Below the pieces are notes generated by a model that worked only from the letters and a program-made list of their open reading frames with translations, ran no database searches and was not told where the DNA came from. Positions 19,035 through 28,059 of a stretch of 64,000 nt of DNA are shown here, in pieces. The first letter of the stretch is position 1. Each line of letters opens with the position of its first letter. The position numbers and the translations under genes were made by a program. This DNA comes from a virus: the IMG/VR virus record IMGVR_UViG_3300042446_001732, positions 34,314-98,313 of that record. One strand, given 5' to 3'.

Positions 19035-19643
19035 ATGGCCAATCCACCACCACCATACGACAACATCACCGGCATTAGCCGTGCTGTGATGAAGGACAAC
19101 GCACAAGAAACCATTGGCAATTACAATGGTGTTGCTCGCCCCAGCGAATTAGTAGTCAACCAACTCACACAAGATATCTATGTGGGCAACACCAATGGAA
19201 ATTTAAATTTGGTAGCATACGGATCAGGCGTTACCAGCACCACAACATTCAACTCGCAGTTCACTGACGGATCAGGCACATTTGCTGGCGGCACTACCAC
19301 AGCATCCTATGTGCGTATGGGTCCGCTGATGTATATACATGTGTATGTGGATTTTACAGGGGTTACCAACTTTGGCAGCACAGGATATCAGATTACACTG
19401 CCCACACCTGCAATAACCACATTTAGACTGGCAGGCGGCAGTCTGCATCAAACAGCCGGTGCTGGTTCTCCTGCCCTGTATCATATTGCTGGCATTGTAG
19501 ACGTCGTTGACAGCACCACAGTCATGAAACTATACTATTCTGGTAGCACCACTGATCTAGTTTGGAAATTCAACACTCCGGCCACAGGCGCCTGGCAATC
19601 GGGCGCACATTTTGATATCTCGGGTACTTACCAAATAGCATAA
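19035..19643 (+). CDS. Short fibre / receptor-binding protein
   Basis: C-terminal 'Y.RMGPLMYIHV...ITLP...ISGTYQIA' beta-sandwich typical of fibre tips; late promoter at 19006. Confidence 0.6.
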   Translation: MANPPPPYDNITGISRAVMKDNAQETIGNYNGVARPSELVVNQLTQDIYVGNTNGNLNLVAYGSGVTSTTTFNSQFTDGSGTFAGGTTTASYVRMGPLMYIHVYVDFTGVTNFGSTGYQITLPTPAITTFRLAGGSLHQTAGAGSPALYHIAGIVDVVDSTTVMKLYYSGSTTDLVWKFNTPATGAWQSGAHFDISGTYQIA

Positions 19644-19644
19644 C

Positions 19645-21042
19645 ATGGCCAATCCACCACCACCATACGACAACATTACCGGCATTTCACGTGCCGCAAT
19701 GAAGGACAACGCCCAAGTTACCTTGGCCGAATACGACGGAAATGCCAGACCAGGTGAACTAGTAGTAGATCAAACCACAAGCATTGTGTATGTGGGCAAC
19801 GCTCTAGGCGACCTAACAGCAGTAGCCACACCAGGTGGCGCAACAACCTGGGCACTGTTAAGCAACAAAGATGGTGCCGCAGGACCCACTATCATAGCCC
19901 TGGGCCAAAATGCTGGGTTTGACGGTCAGGCCAATGCTGCCATAGCCCTGGGTGAGGCAGCCGGTGCGGGAGGCCAAAATTCAGCAGCAATTGCAATTGG
20001 ACAAAATGCCGGGGCCAACACCACCCAAGGCTCGAGTGCTGTGGCCATTGGTGTCTCAACTGGATTTGATGCTCAAGGCCAGTACGGCGTGGCTATTGGT
20101 GCATTTACTGCAACAACTTTGCAAGGTGCTCGATCAGTGGCCATTGGACTCAGTAGTGGCCAAACCACACAAGGCACTGACGCTGTGGCCATAGGTCAAT
20201 ATGCTGGCAACGAAGTACAAAGCGTCTCAGCAGTGGCCATTGGTAACAATGCTGGTTATACTGGTCAAGGCATAAGTTCTGTGGCCATTGGCCAAGGTGC
20301 TGGTTTGACCAATCAAGGTAATCAAAGTGTTGCAATTGGACAAAATGCTGGCGCCACCCAAGGATCAACAGCAGTGGCAATTGGTCAAAATGCCGGTGGC
20401 GGCGTTGCTTTGCAAGGTGATGACGCAGTGGCCATTGGCCACGGTGCAGGCGAAAATACGCAAGGTACTCAATCAGTTGCCATTGGATTATACGCTGGCC
20501 AAAACACACAAGGTCAGTTAGCAGTGGCCATTGGTACCAATGCTGGCAATACCAGCCAGGGCAATAGTGCAGTAGCCATTGGTGATAATGCTGGAATTGA
20601 CAATCAGGGCGATCAGAGCGTGGCCATAGGCCAGCAGTCTGGCAATACCAATCAAGGCCCCCAGTCAGTGGCCATTGGTACCCAGGCCGGTTTCACTGGG
20701 CAGGGTGTGCTTGCTGTGGCCATTGGCATCCAGTCTGGTTATGACACACAGGGTGATAATTCGGTAGCCATTGGCCGCAATGCTGGTTATGTCACACAAG
20801 GTGCCAATGCAGTGGCCATTGGTAGCAAGGCCGGACCAAGCAGTCAAGCCAGCAACTCAATCATCATAAATGCCACTGGTAACAACCTGAATCAAACCAC
20901 AGCCAACACATTCACAGTGAAACCTGTGCGAGCAGTGACCAGTGTGACTTTTGCCGCACCCACATCAGGATCAATACCTGCAGGATTCTCACCCATGTAC
21001 TACAATCCCACCACAGGTGAGATTATTGTGATCACAACTTAA
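19645..21042 (+). CDS. Fibre/adhesin protein with beta-roll (YadA-head-like) repeats
   Basis: About 20 repeats of (S/A)VAIGxxAGxxxQG; C-terminal YYNPTTGEI. Confidence 0.75.
   Translation: MANPPPPYDNITGISRAAMKDNAQVTLAEYDGNARPGELVVDQTTSIVYVGNALGDLTAVATPGGATTWALLSNKDGAAGPTIIALGQNAGFDGQANAAIALGEAAGAGGQNSAAIAIGQNAGANTTQGSSAVAIGVSTGFDAQGQYGVAIGAFTATTLQGARSVAIGLSSGQTTQGTDAVAIGQYAGNEVQSVSAVAIGNNAGYTGQGISSVAIGQGAGLTNQGNQSVAIGQNAGATQGSTAVAIGQNAGGGVALQGDDAVAIGHGAGENTQGTQSVAIGLYAGQNTQGQLAVAIGTNAGNTSQGNSAVAIGDNAGIDNQGDQSVAIGQQSGNTNQGPQSVAIGTQAGFTGQGVLAVAIGIQSGYDTQGDNSVAIGRNAGYVTQGANAVAIGSKAGPSSQASNSIIINATGNNLNQTTANTFTVKPVRAVTSVTFAAPTSGSIPAGFSPMYYNPTTGEIIVITT
19891..20850 (+). repeat. Coding tandem repeat, ~48-nt (16-aa) period
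   Basis: Recurrent GTGGCCATTGG core encoding VAIG. Confidence 0.85.
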
Positions 21043-21050
21043 AATTTAAC

Positions 21051-21488
21051 ATGAAAAAATTACTTGCACTCTTGCTGATCGTGCCTGTGCTGGCTGTTGC
21101 ACAACCCCGACAACGACCGGGCGTGACCTATGACGCTGTGATCACCAGAGTCATAGACGGTGACACTGTGGCTTTTCAGGCAGACTTTTTGCCTGCGCCA
21201 CTCAAAAAAGAACTATCAATCAGAGTGTACGGTGTGGACACTCCTGAAAAAGGATTCCGTGCCCAATGCCCTAGTGAAGCACAGCGTGGAGAAGCAGCCA
21301 CAGCATTTACCAAAGCTCAAATCAACGCTGCAACTAAGCGTCAAATCGTACTCATGGACTGGGACAAGTATGGTGGTCGTGTGCTGGGTGATGTGCTGTT
21401 AAACGGACAAAGCCTGCGTGGCATGCTGATACAAAATGGTTTTGCTCGTGAATACTACGGCGAAGCCAAAACATCCTGGTGCCAATGA
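21051..21488 (+). CDS. Staphylococcal-nuclease (SNase/thermonuclease) homologue with signal peptide
   Basis: RVIDGDT, IRVYGVDTPE, DKYGGRVLG; N-terminal MKKLLALLLIVPVLAVA. Confidence 0.9.
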   Translation: MKKLLALLLIVPVLAVAQPRQRPGVTYDAVITRVIDGDTVAFQADFLPAPLKKELSIRVYGVDTPEKGFRAQCPSEAQRGEAATAFTKAQINAATKRQIVLMDWDKYGGRVLGDVLLNGQSLRGMLIQNGFAREYYGEAKTSWCQ

Positions 21489-21506
21489 TCCGCCTGTAAA
21501 TACAGG

Positions 21507-22649
21507 ATGACGAATTTTTACTGTGCAGCCCCTTGGCGTGGCCTGCATATCAATCCCCGAGGCGATGTAAAAACCTGTTGTGCTGGCGACCCCAACATGC
21601 TGGGCAATTTAAACACACAGACCATCGAACAGATCCTCAACAGTGATTTGATGACAGAAATTCGTGGCAGCATTGCCCAGGGCCAAAGTCATCAGTACTG
21701 TTCAAACTGTGTGCAAGCCGAGCGCCATGGCGGTGACTCCGAACGAGCCTGGCACAACCGTGACAATCCCAATTTTGATTTTGCCAAGGCCGGTGACAAA
21801 TATCACTATCCAGTCATTGTTGATATTCGTTGGAACACCACTTGTAATCTAAGTTGCAACTATTGTATGGAATATTGCAGTTCAAAATGGGCCGCGTTGA
21901 AAGGTATTCCTGTCAAGTCTGGTACTAGACCCTACTACGAACAAGTGTGTGATTTCATCGAGCAACATTATGAACACATTCACGAAGTGGCACTGGTAGG
22001 CGGCGAGCCGTTGTTGCTGCCAGAAAATAATCGCTTGCTGGACGTGATACCTAAAGATGCAGTTGTTACCTTGATTACCAATCTTACCGGCGATCTTGAA
22101 AACAATCGAATATTTCAAAAACTAGCAAAACGAAATCGTGTTGGCTGGAGTATGAGCTTTGACAACATAGGCCCAAGATTAGAATATGTTCGCTATGGCG
22201 CTGGTTGGGAAGAAATACAACGCAACCTTGCCCTGGTCAAAAATCTAATGACCACACAGGGACACTCAGGCGGCATACATGCAGTGTACAACATATACAA
22301 TGCCACACGCATCTGTGAACTGCGTGAGTTTGCCAAACAGACTGGAACCACTGTGCTATGGCAGAATCTTTTTCAACCCGACTACCTTGATCCATTCTTG
22401 CATGGTCCAACAGTTGCTGCCGAAGCAATTGCTGAGATTGAGCGCTTTTATGCATCAGGCATTGCTACCGCTGCTGAACGGGTGTTCTTTGACCGTGCAT
22501 TGCAGAGCTATCGTTCAGTGACCCACCCACGGCCCAATATTGAACATCAGTTTGCACAGCATATTCAACAGATTGAAAATCAGTACCACCCAGACTCAAA
22601 AGGACAGTTTACAAGTTTGTGGCCTGAACTAGCAACACTATGCAAATAA
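21507..22649 (+). CDS. Radical SAM protein with N-terminal SPASM/twitch-like Fe-S domain
   Basis: CAAPW..G.V..CC...CSNC followed by CNLSCNYC, GGEP, ITN, YVRYG. Confidence 0.85.
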   Translation: MTNFYCAAPWRGLHINPRGDVKTCCAGDPNMLGNLNTQTIEQILNSDLMTEIRGSIAQGQSHQYCSNCVQAERHGGDSERAWHNRDNPNFDFAKAGDKYHYPVIVDIRWNTTCNLSCNYCMEYCSSKWAALKGIPVKSGTRPYYEQVCDFIEQHYEHIHEVALVGGEPLLLPENNRLLDVIPKDAVVTLITNLTGDLENNRIFQKLAKRNRVGWSMSFDNIGPRLEYVRYGAGWEEIQRNLALVKNLMTTQGHSGGIHAVYNIYNATRICELREFAKQTGTTVLWQNLFQPDYLDPFLHGPTVAAEAIAEIERFYASGIATAAERVFFDRALQSYRSVTHPRPNIEHQFAQHIQQIENQYHPDSKGQFTSLWPELATLCK

Positions 22650-23395
22650 CAACACCTTGGCATTTTGGAATACCGTATGCTGGCTATACCTCTGAATGGT
22701 TGCCCACAGACACCAAAGAAAATTTTCAACGGCTCATGCAAGAGCCCAAGCATCAAGAGTATTTTGGCAGCAAAGGGTGGGACCAGCCTGGTGCAATCAC
22801 CTACAAAATAAACAGTCACGGATTTAGATCAGAAGAATTTGATCCTGCTGCGCCTAGTATAGTGTCATTGGGTTGCAGTTATACCATTGGTATTGGCCTA
22901 CCTGAACATGCTACCTGGTCACACCTGGTCGCGCAAGCCACAGGATTAAAAAACTACAATCTGGCCTGGGCTGGTACCAGTGCAGACACATGCTTTATGC
23001 AGGCGCAGTATTGGTTGCCTATATTGCGTCCTAAACTGGTGGTAATGGTGGCCCCTCCCAAACACAGATTTGATTTGATTTCAGAAGATCCTACACTGCC
23101 ACATGACACATACATGTCTTCGGGCGGATCGTGTGAATCATATCGTGACAATTTTGTCAAAACTTGGCTGCTGAATGATCGTAACGCAGAGTTAAATAGC
23201 TCACGTAATCGATGGGCAGTGCAAGGATTATGTGCTAACCTGGGCATTGCATGTTTGACCTACGATGCACATGAATGGTTTGCCAAGAGTCGTGAAGAAT
23301 TAGAATACGCAAGAGACCACATGCACGCCGGCCCCCGTGGGCATCAGCTACTAGCAGAAAGAATCATAAATGATTGGCGCAAAAAACACACTTGA
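22640..23395 (+). CDS. SGNH-like hydrolase or acyltransferase
   Basis: INSHGFRS.EF, LGCSYT.G.G, NLA..G.S, ARD.MHAG. Confidence 0.6.
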   Translation: MQITTPWHFGIPYAGYTSEWLPTDTKENFQRLMQEPKHQEYFGSKGWDQPGAITYKINSHGFRSEEFDPAAPSIVSLGCSYTIGIGLPEHATWSHLVAQATGLKNYNLAWAGTSADTCFMQAQYWLPILRPKLVVMVAPPKHRFDLISEDPTLPHDTYMSSGGSCESYRDNFVKTWLLNDRNAELNSSRNRWAVQGLCANLGIACLTYDAHEWFAKSREELEYARDHMHAGPRGHQLLAERIINDWRKKHT

Positions 23396-24959
23396 TACGG
23401 TACTTGTAAAAGCACCTCATCGTAGAGAAACATATTCTGAGTCTGAGCTTGAAGATTTTGCCAAATGTGCAGATCCAGTCACAGGACCCATGCACTTTAT
23501 GGACAACTTCTTTTACATCCAACATCCCACACGCGGCAAGATGTTGTACCATCCTTTTGAATATCAAACAAGACTGATCAACAACTATCATACCAATAGA
23601 TTTTCAATTTCTCTAATGCCTCGACAAACAGGCAAGAGCACAAGTGCTGCGGGTTACTTGTTATGGTATGCTATGTTTGTACCGGACGCAACCATTCTGA
23701 TAGCAGCACACAAGTACCTGGGCGCACAAGAAATCATGCAGCGTATTCGTTATGCATATGAATTGTGTCCCAATCATATCAGAGCAGGCGCCACCAGTTA
23801 CAACAAAGGCAGCCTGGAGTTTGACAACGGATCACGTATTGTGAGTCAGACCACAACTGAGAACACTGGTCGCGGTATGAGTATTACGCTGTTGTACCTA
23901 GACGAGTTTGCATTTGTGAGACCCAGCATTGCCAAAGAGTTTTGGACGTCAATCACACCCACACTGAGTACTGGTGGTAAAGCTATTATTACTTCAACTC
24001 CAAACTCAGACGAAGATCAATTTGCCTACATCTGGAAAGGTGCCTTAAAGACTCAAGATGAGTTTGGAAATCAACGAGCCAACGGCCTGGGCATCAACGG
24101 TTTCAAAGCATTTCGTGCATTCTGGCGTGAGCACCCAGACCGAGACGAAGTCTGGGCAGAGGAACAACGATCCCAGCTGGGCGAAGAACGTTTTCGTCGA
24201 GAAATGGATTGCGATTTTGTTATCAACGACGAAACACTAATATCGCCGCTGAAACTGCTGGAACTGGAAGGCATTGAACCCACTCACAAGTCTGGACAAG
24301 TACGCTGGTACAAACCCATACTCAAAGACAAAATGTATATTGTTGCACTGGATCCCAGCTTGGGCACAGGCAGCGATCCCGCAGCTATACAAGTATTTGA
24401 AGCAGACACCACTGAGCAAGTGGCAGAGTGGCGCCACAACAAAACTGATGTGCCCACACAAGTTAAAATTCTAGCAGATATTGTGAAAGAAATACATGCA
24501 GTGACCAAAGACAACAAAAGCATTTATTATTCCGTGGAAAACAACACACTTGGCGAAGCAGCACTGATCAGCATCAACGAGTACGGAGAAGAGAATATTC
24601 CAGGTTATTTCCTAAGCGACAACAGTGTGCAGGGCAGCAGCGGCCGTAGAATCCGCAAGGGATTTACCACCACCAACAAAAGCAAGATCAGTGCTTGTAG
24701 CAAACTGAAAATCCTGATAGAATCTGGCCGTATGAAGATCTACAGCAAACCCTTGCTGACCGAACTCAAAAGTTTTGTGGCCAACGGCACTAGTTATGCA
24801 GCCAAACCAGGCGAAACAGACGATCTTGTGATGGCCAGTTTACTGATCACACGCATGCTGATGCTGCTGCAAACCTATCATTCTGACCTGGACTCGCACC
24901 TTAAAGATCATTCGGACAACGTGATTGAACCGTTGCCGTTCATCAGCATCATGCGCTAA
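23370..24959 (+). CDS. gp17: Terminase large subunit
   Basis: RQTGKST Walker A, LYLDEFAF Walker B, ITSTPN; nuclease domain ALDPS.G...DDLVMA. Confidence 0.95.
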   Translation: MIGAKNTLDTVLVKAPHRRETYSESELEDFAKCADPVTGPMHFMDNFFYIQHPTRGKMLYHPFEYQTRLINNYHTNRFSISLMPRQTGKSTSAAGYLLWYAMFVPDATILIAAHKYLGAQEIMQRIRYAYELCPNHIRAGATSYNKGSLEFDNGSRIVSQTTTENTGRGMSITLLYLDEFAFVRPSIAKEFWTSITPTLSTGGKAIITSTPNSDEDQFAYIWKGALKTQDEFGNQRANGLGINGFKAFRAFWREHPDRDEVWAEEQRSQLGEERFRREMDCDFVINDETLISPLKLLELEGIEPTHKSGQVRWYKPILKDKMYIVALDPSLGTGSDPAAIQVFEADTTEQVAEWRHNKTDVPTQVKILADIVKEIHAVTKDNKSIYYSVENNTLGEAALISINEYGEENIPGYFLSDNSVQGSSGRRIRKGFTTTNKSKISACSKLKILIESGRMKIYSKPLLTELKSFVANGTSYAAKPGETDDLVMASLLITRMLMLLQTYHSDLDSHLKDHSDNVIEPLPFISIMR

Positions 24960-24969
24960 ATACACTATC

Positions 24970-27876
24970 ATGGCACAAGAACAGAATATTTCAACACAGC
25001 TCGATAACCTACTGGTCACTCGTAATTTCGCTCCAGAAATGCTGGATCGACAGGGCAAACCGTCTGAATCAGAAGACGCCAAAACATTTACATTTGACTA
25101 TGTGAGCGGCAGCGGCAAGAACTATGGCACCATGGTTGTTATTCTAGACTCTGAAAACGACATGAAAGTGTTTTACGGTGACAATCTGGGCAGAGCCATG
25201 GAAGGCGACGACAAAGACGAGTTCTTTGACTTTCAGCAACATCTCAGCAAGTTTGCTAGAATGCATCGTTGGACCTATACGGCCAAAGACCTAAACCAAC
25301 TCAAACATACCATGCAAGGGCTTGCAGCCATACAAGAAGGCCTGTTTGAAGGCTACTATGGTACACGCAAAATCAGTTATGCTGGTGAACCCACCGAAGC
25401 TCGACTCATGATCAAACACAACCGCACACTGGGCGAAGCTGATGCACGTTTTCGCTATGTGGAAAGTTTGTTTATTGAAACTGCTGATAGCCAACGATTT
25501 CGATTGCCTTTCAAGAATCTAGCTGGTGGTCGTGCCATGTTGGAACATGTGCGTCAAGGTGGCAATCCTTATGATGTGCGTGGTGTACACATTGCTGAAA
25601 TGGTCATGGAAATTGCCACACTGAGTCGTTTTAACCGTGCCAGTGCCAGTCGCATGCTAGAAGGCACTACAAAAGAATTGGTTACCGAAGCACAGACCTA
25701 CTACAAAAGTTTGCGTGAAAATATCAAACGCATGGCCAGCCCTCGTGGCTATAGTGCATATTTTGAAACTTGGCATCCTGCCACCATTGACGAACAACAA
25801 GATCTGGTAGAAGATATCAAAACACTGTTCATTGAACAGACCCTGGACACACGAATTGAGGCAGCACTGCCGCTGTTGGCCAGAATACAACAACAAGGAA
25901 ACGCTATGAAAGAAGCACAAATTTTTGAAAACTGGATCAACAGCCTAACCGAAGGCACCTGGAGTTTGCCCGAAACACCAGAACAATTGAACAAACTCAA
26001 AGAACTCATGGCCACAGAACTCATTGTGGGACCTGATGCTACCAATGCCACAGAACAACTGTATGACTTGATAGGTGATGATATCTTGTTTGATCGACTG
26101 AGCGAGTTAGCTGACAGAGATCCCAGAGCCAATGTCTGGAATGACACTGAAGTAATGGATCGTATACGTGAACTAGGCATTGAAACAGAAACACAAGCAC
26201 CTGCTGGTGCTGAGGGCGATGCAGCACCAATTGATACTGCCGCTGCACCAGCACCTGCGCCACAACAACCAGTGGCAGAAGGTCAAGGTGCCACTACCTA
26301 CACTGTTGCTTACAAAGACCCCACCAAGCCAGGCAAATCACACAGCACTCAAGTCAAAGCCACCAGCGCAGCAGAAGCAAAAGCAGCGTTTCAAGAATGG
26401 GACACCACAAATCGATTCACTTACTTGGGTTCCAGACCCGATGTTGATACAGTTCGTGAAGGTGTAGCAGAAGCCGCAGAACTCAACACCATGTTGAAGT
26501 ACGCTGGTGTGCCTGTGGCTGAAAGCCGAGTGCTGGACGAATCAGGAGAAACACTCACCCACATCCTGGATCGTTTCAAACACGAAGTTGCACAATTTGA
26601 GCAAGGTGCTGATCTTGATGACAATCTTTACGATGCACTGTATGATTACTATTCAGACAAAGGCGAAATTCCATATGGCATTGCCAAAGCTCGCACAGGT
26701 GATCCATACGAATGGATAACTAATCGCCTGGATCAAGAACTTGGCATCAATGAAAGCAACTCAGGCATGATCATGCCCGAAGCTGATCCAATCTCTACAT
26801 TTGAAGTCATGAGCGGATTCGCCGCTCCAGTAGCCGAAGGTTCGTGCAACAGCACCATGGAGGGCGAATACTGCCCAGAACACGGGCTAATGGAATGCGG
26901 CATGTACGAAATGGGCACTGTGGCAGGCGGCATGGCTCCTGTTGTAGGCGAAGGCAACGATGATCCAATCAACTACAACGGCGCCATCACTGGCAGCTAC
27001 TACGAAGGCAAACAGGATCCTTTGGTAAGACTAAAATCTTTGGCCAAGATAAAAGAAGGATGGAAAGGCGAGCTTGCTGGCGGAACACTAGGTGGTGTGG
27101 GCGGAAGCGTTGCTGGTTCGGCATTGGGCGCACTTGCTGGCGGCCCAGTTGGCGCAGCAATCGGCGGAGTAGTTGGCGGTGCCGCAGGCGGTACTGGTGG
27201 TGCCATGATTGGTCGCGAAATGACCAAAGAAGAACAATTACATGAAATTGCTCCGTTAGTAGCAGCAGGTGCAAGAGCCATTATACCTTTGTTGGCCAAA
27301 GTTGGTCCCAAACTGGGTCGTATGGCATCTGGTGCAGGCAAATCTGGAGCAGAAGTTGCTGGAAAAGCAGCCACAGGCATTGGCCGCGGCACAGTAGACG
27401 TTGCCAAATCTGCTGCACAATCTGCTGCACAAAATGCAGATAAAATTGGGCTCGGGTTAGGTGCATACCAAGCCATCACTGATGTAGCAAACAATACAAT
27501 GGGTGGCGTTGGCGAAGTGTACCGAGACATTGGTCAAGCCGCTGATGCAATTACACAAACAGTGGGCAATGCAATTGACGGAAAAACTATTGCCGAACTG
27601 GCAGGAACCGCAGTAAAATATTCAATTCCAATTGGTATATTGCTAGCGGTGTTGTACGGCGGCAAAAAACTCATTGACCAATTGATGTCCGAAGACGCAG
27701 CAGATACTGGCATGGCCCTTGGCGGAATTGCAGGTGGATTAACCGGAGGACCTTTAGGGGCAGGTGCTGGAGTGCAAGCAGGCGGAGCAATAGGATCTTT
27801 AGTTGACGCTAACAAGAAAACATTCGAAGGCGATGCCATGCTGGCCAGAATAAAATCTCTGGCTCTGCTCAAGTAA
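24970..27876 (+). CDS. Large putative head/ejection polyprotein with glycine-zipper modules
   Basis: Start moved to ATG 24970 behind TAAATA; numerous VAE/xxE motifs; GxxxG-rich C-terminal region. Confidence 0.7.
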   Translation: MAQEQNISTQLDNLLVTRNFAPEMLDRQGKPSESEDAKTFTFDYVSGSGKNYGTMVVILDSENDMKVFYGDNLGRAMEGDDKDEFFDFQQHLSKFARMHRWTYTAKDLNQLKHTMQGLAAIQEGLFEGYYGTRKISYAGEPTEARLMIKHNRTLGEADARFRYVESLFIETADSQRFRLPFKNLAGGRAMLEHVRQGGNPYDVRGVHIAEMVMEIATLSRFNRASASRMLEGTTKELVTEAQTYYKSLRENIKRMASPRGYSAYFETWHPATIDEQQDLVEDIKTLFIEQTLDTRIEAALPLLARIQQQGNAMKEAQIFENWINSLTEGTWSLPETPEQLNKLKELMATELIVGPDATNATEQLYDLIGDDILFDRLSELADRDPRANVWNDTEVMDRIRELGIETETQAPAGAEGDAAPIDTAAAPAPAPQQPVAEGQGATTYTVAYKDPTKPGKSHSTQVKATSAAEAKAAFQEWDTTNRFTYLGSRPDVDTVREGVAEAAELNTMLKYAGVPVAESRVLDESGETLTHILDRFKHEVAQFEQGADLDDNLYDALYDYYSDKGEIPYGIAKARTGDPYEWITNRLDQELGINESNSGMIMPEADPISTFEVMSGFAAPVAEGSCNSTMEGEYCPEHGLMECGMYEMGTVAGGMAPVVGEGNDDPINYNGAITGSYYEGKQDPLVRLKSLAKIKEGWKGELAGGTLGGVGGSVAGSALGALAGGPVGAAIGGVVGGAAGGTGGAMIGREMTKEEQLHEIAPLVAAGARAIIPLLAKVGPKLGRMASGAGKSGAEVAGKAATGIGRGTVDVAKSAAQSAAQNADKIGLGLGAYQAITDVANNTMGGVGEVYRDIGQAADAITQTVGNAIDGKTIAELAGTAVKYSIPIGILLAVLYGGKKLIDQLMSEDAADTGMALGGIAGGLTGGPLGAGAGVQAGGAIGSLVDANKKTFEGDAMLARIKSLALLK

Positions 27877-27878
27877 CA

Positions 27879-28059
27879 TAAATAAAACAAAGAAGGGCGT
27901 GTAGTGGCATGCCCTTCCGTAAACAACTAGATAGGCAAAGTTCACTGCCGTTAGTGGTAGGAAACACAGACAGGCTGTGTTAAAATAACCTTGTAGGCAG
28001 CATTTAAGCAAGTCTTAAATTTTTAAAATCATATTAACGCACAAGAAAGGCAACACAAT
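27879..28059 (+). promoter_or_regulatory. Late promoter plus structured 5' leader of the ssb gene
   Basis: TAAATA at 27879; stems at 27892-27917, 27934-27949, 27963-27981 and 28002-28020. Confidence 0.6.

Noticed and set aside
19035-19720. Duplicated 5' ends of fibre genes as a DGR template/variable repeat or an invertible shufflon
   Set aside because: The repeats are direct and N-terminal, the differences are not adenine-specific, and no reverse transcriptase or invertase is in the window.
23370-24959. Intein or intron in the terminase, helicases or UvsX
   Set aside because: Lengths are normal, the motifs are contiguous, and no intein splice motifs were seen.
27879-28059. tRNA or known riboswitch in the long intergenic region
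   Set aside because: No cloverleaf, T-loop (GTTCRA) or recognisable aptamer consensus; kept only as a candidate cis-leader.
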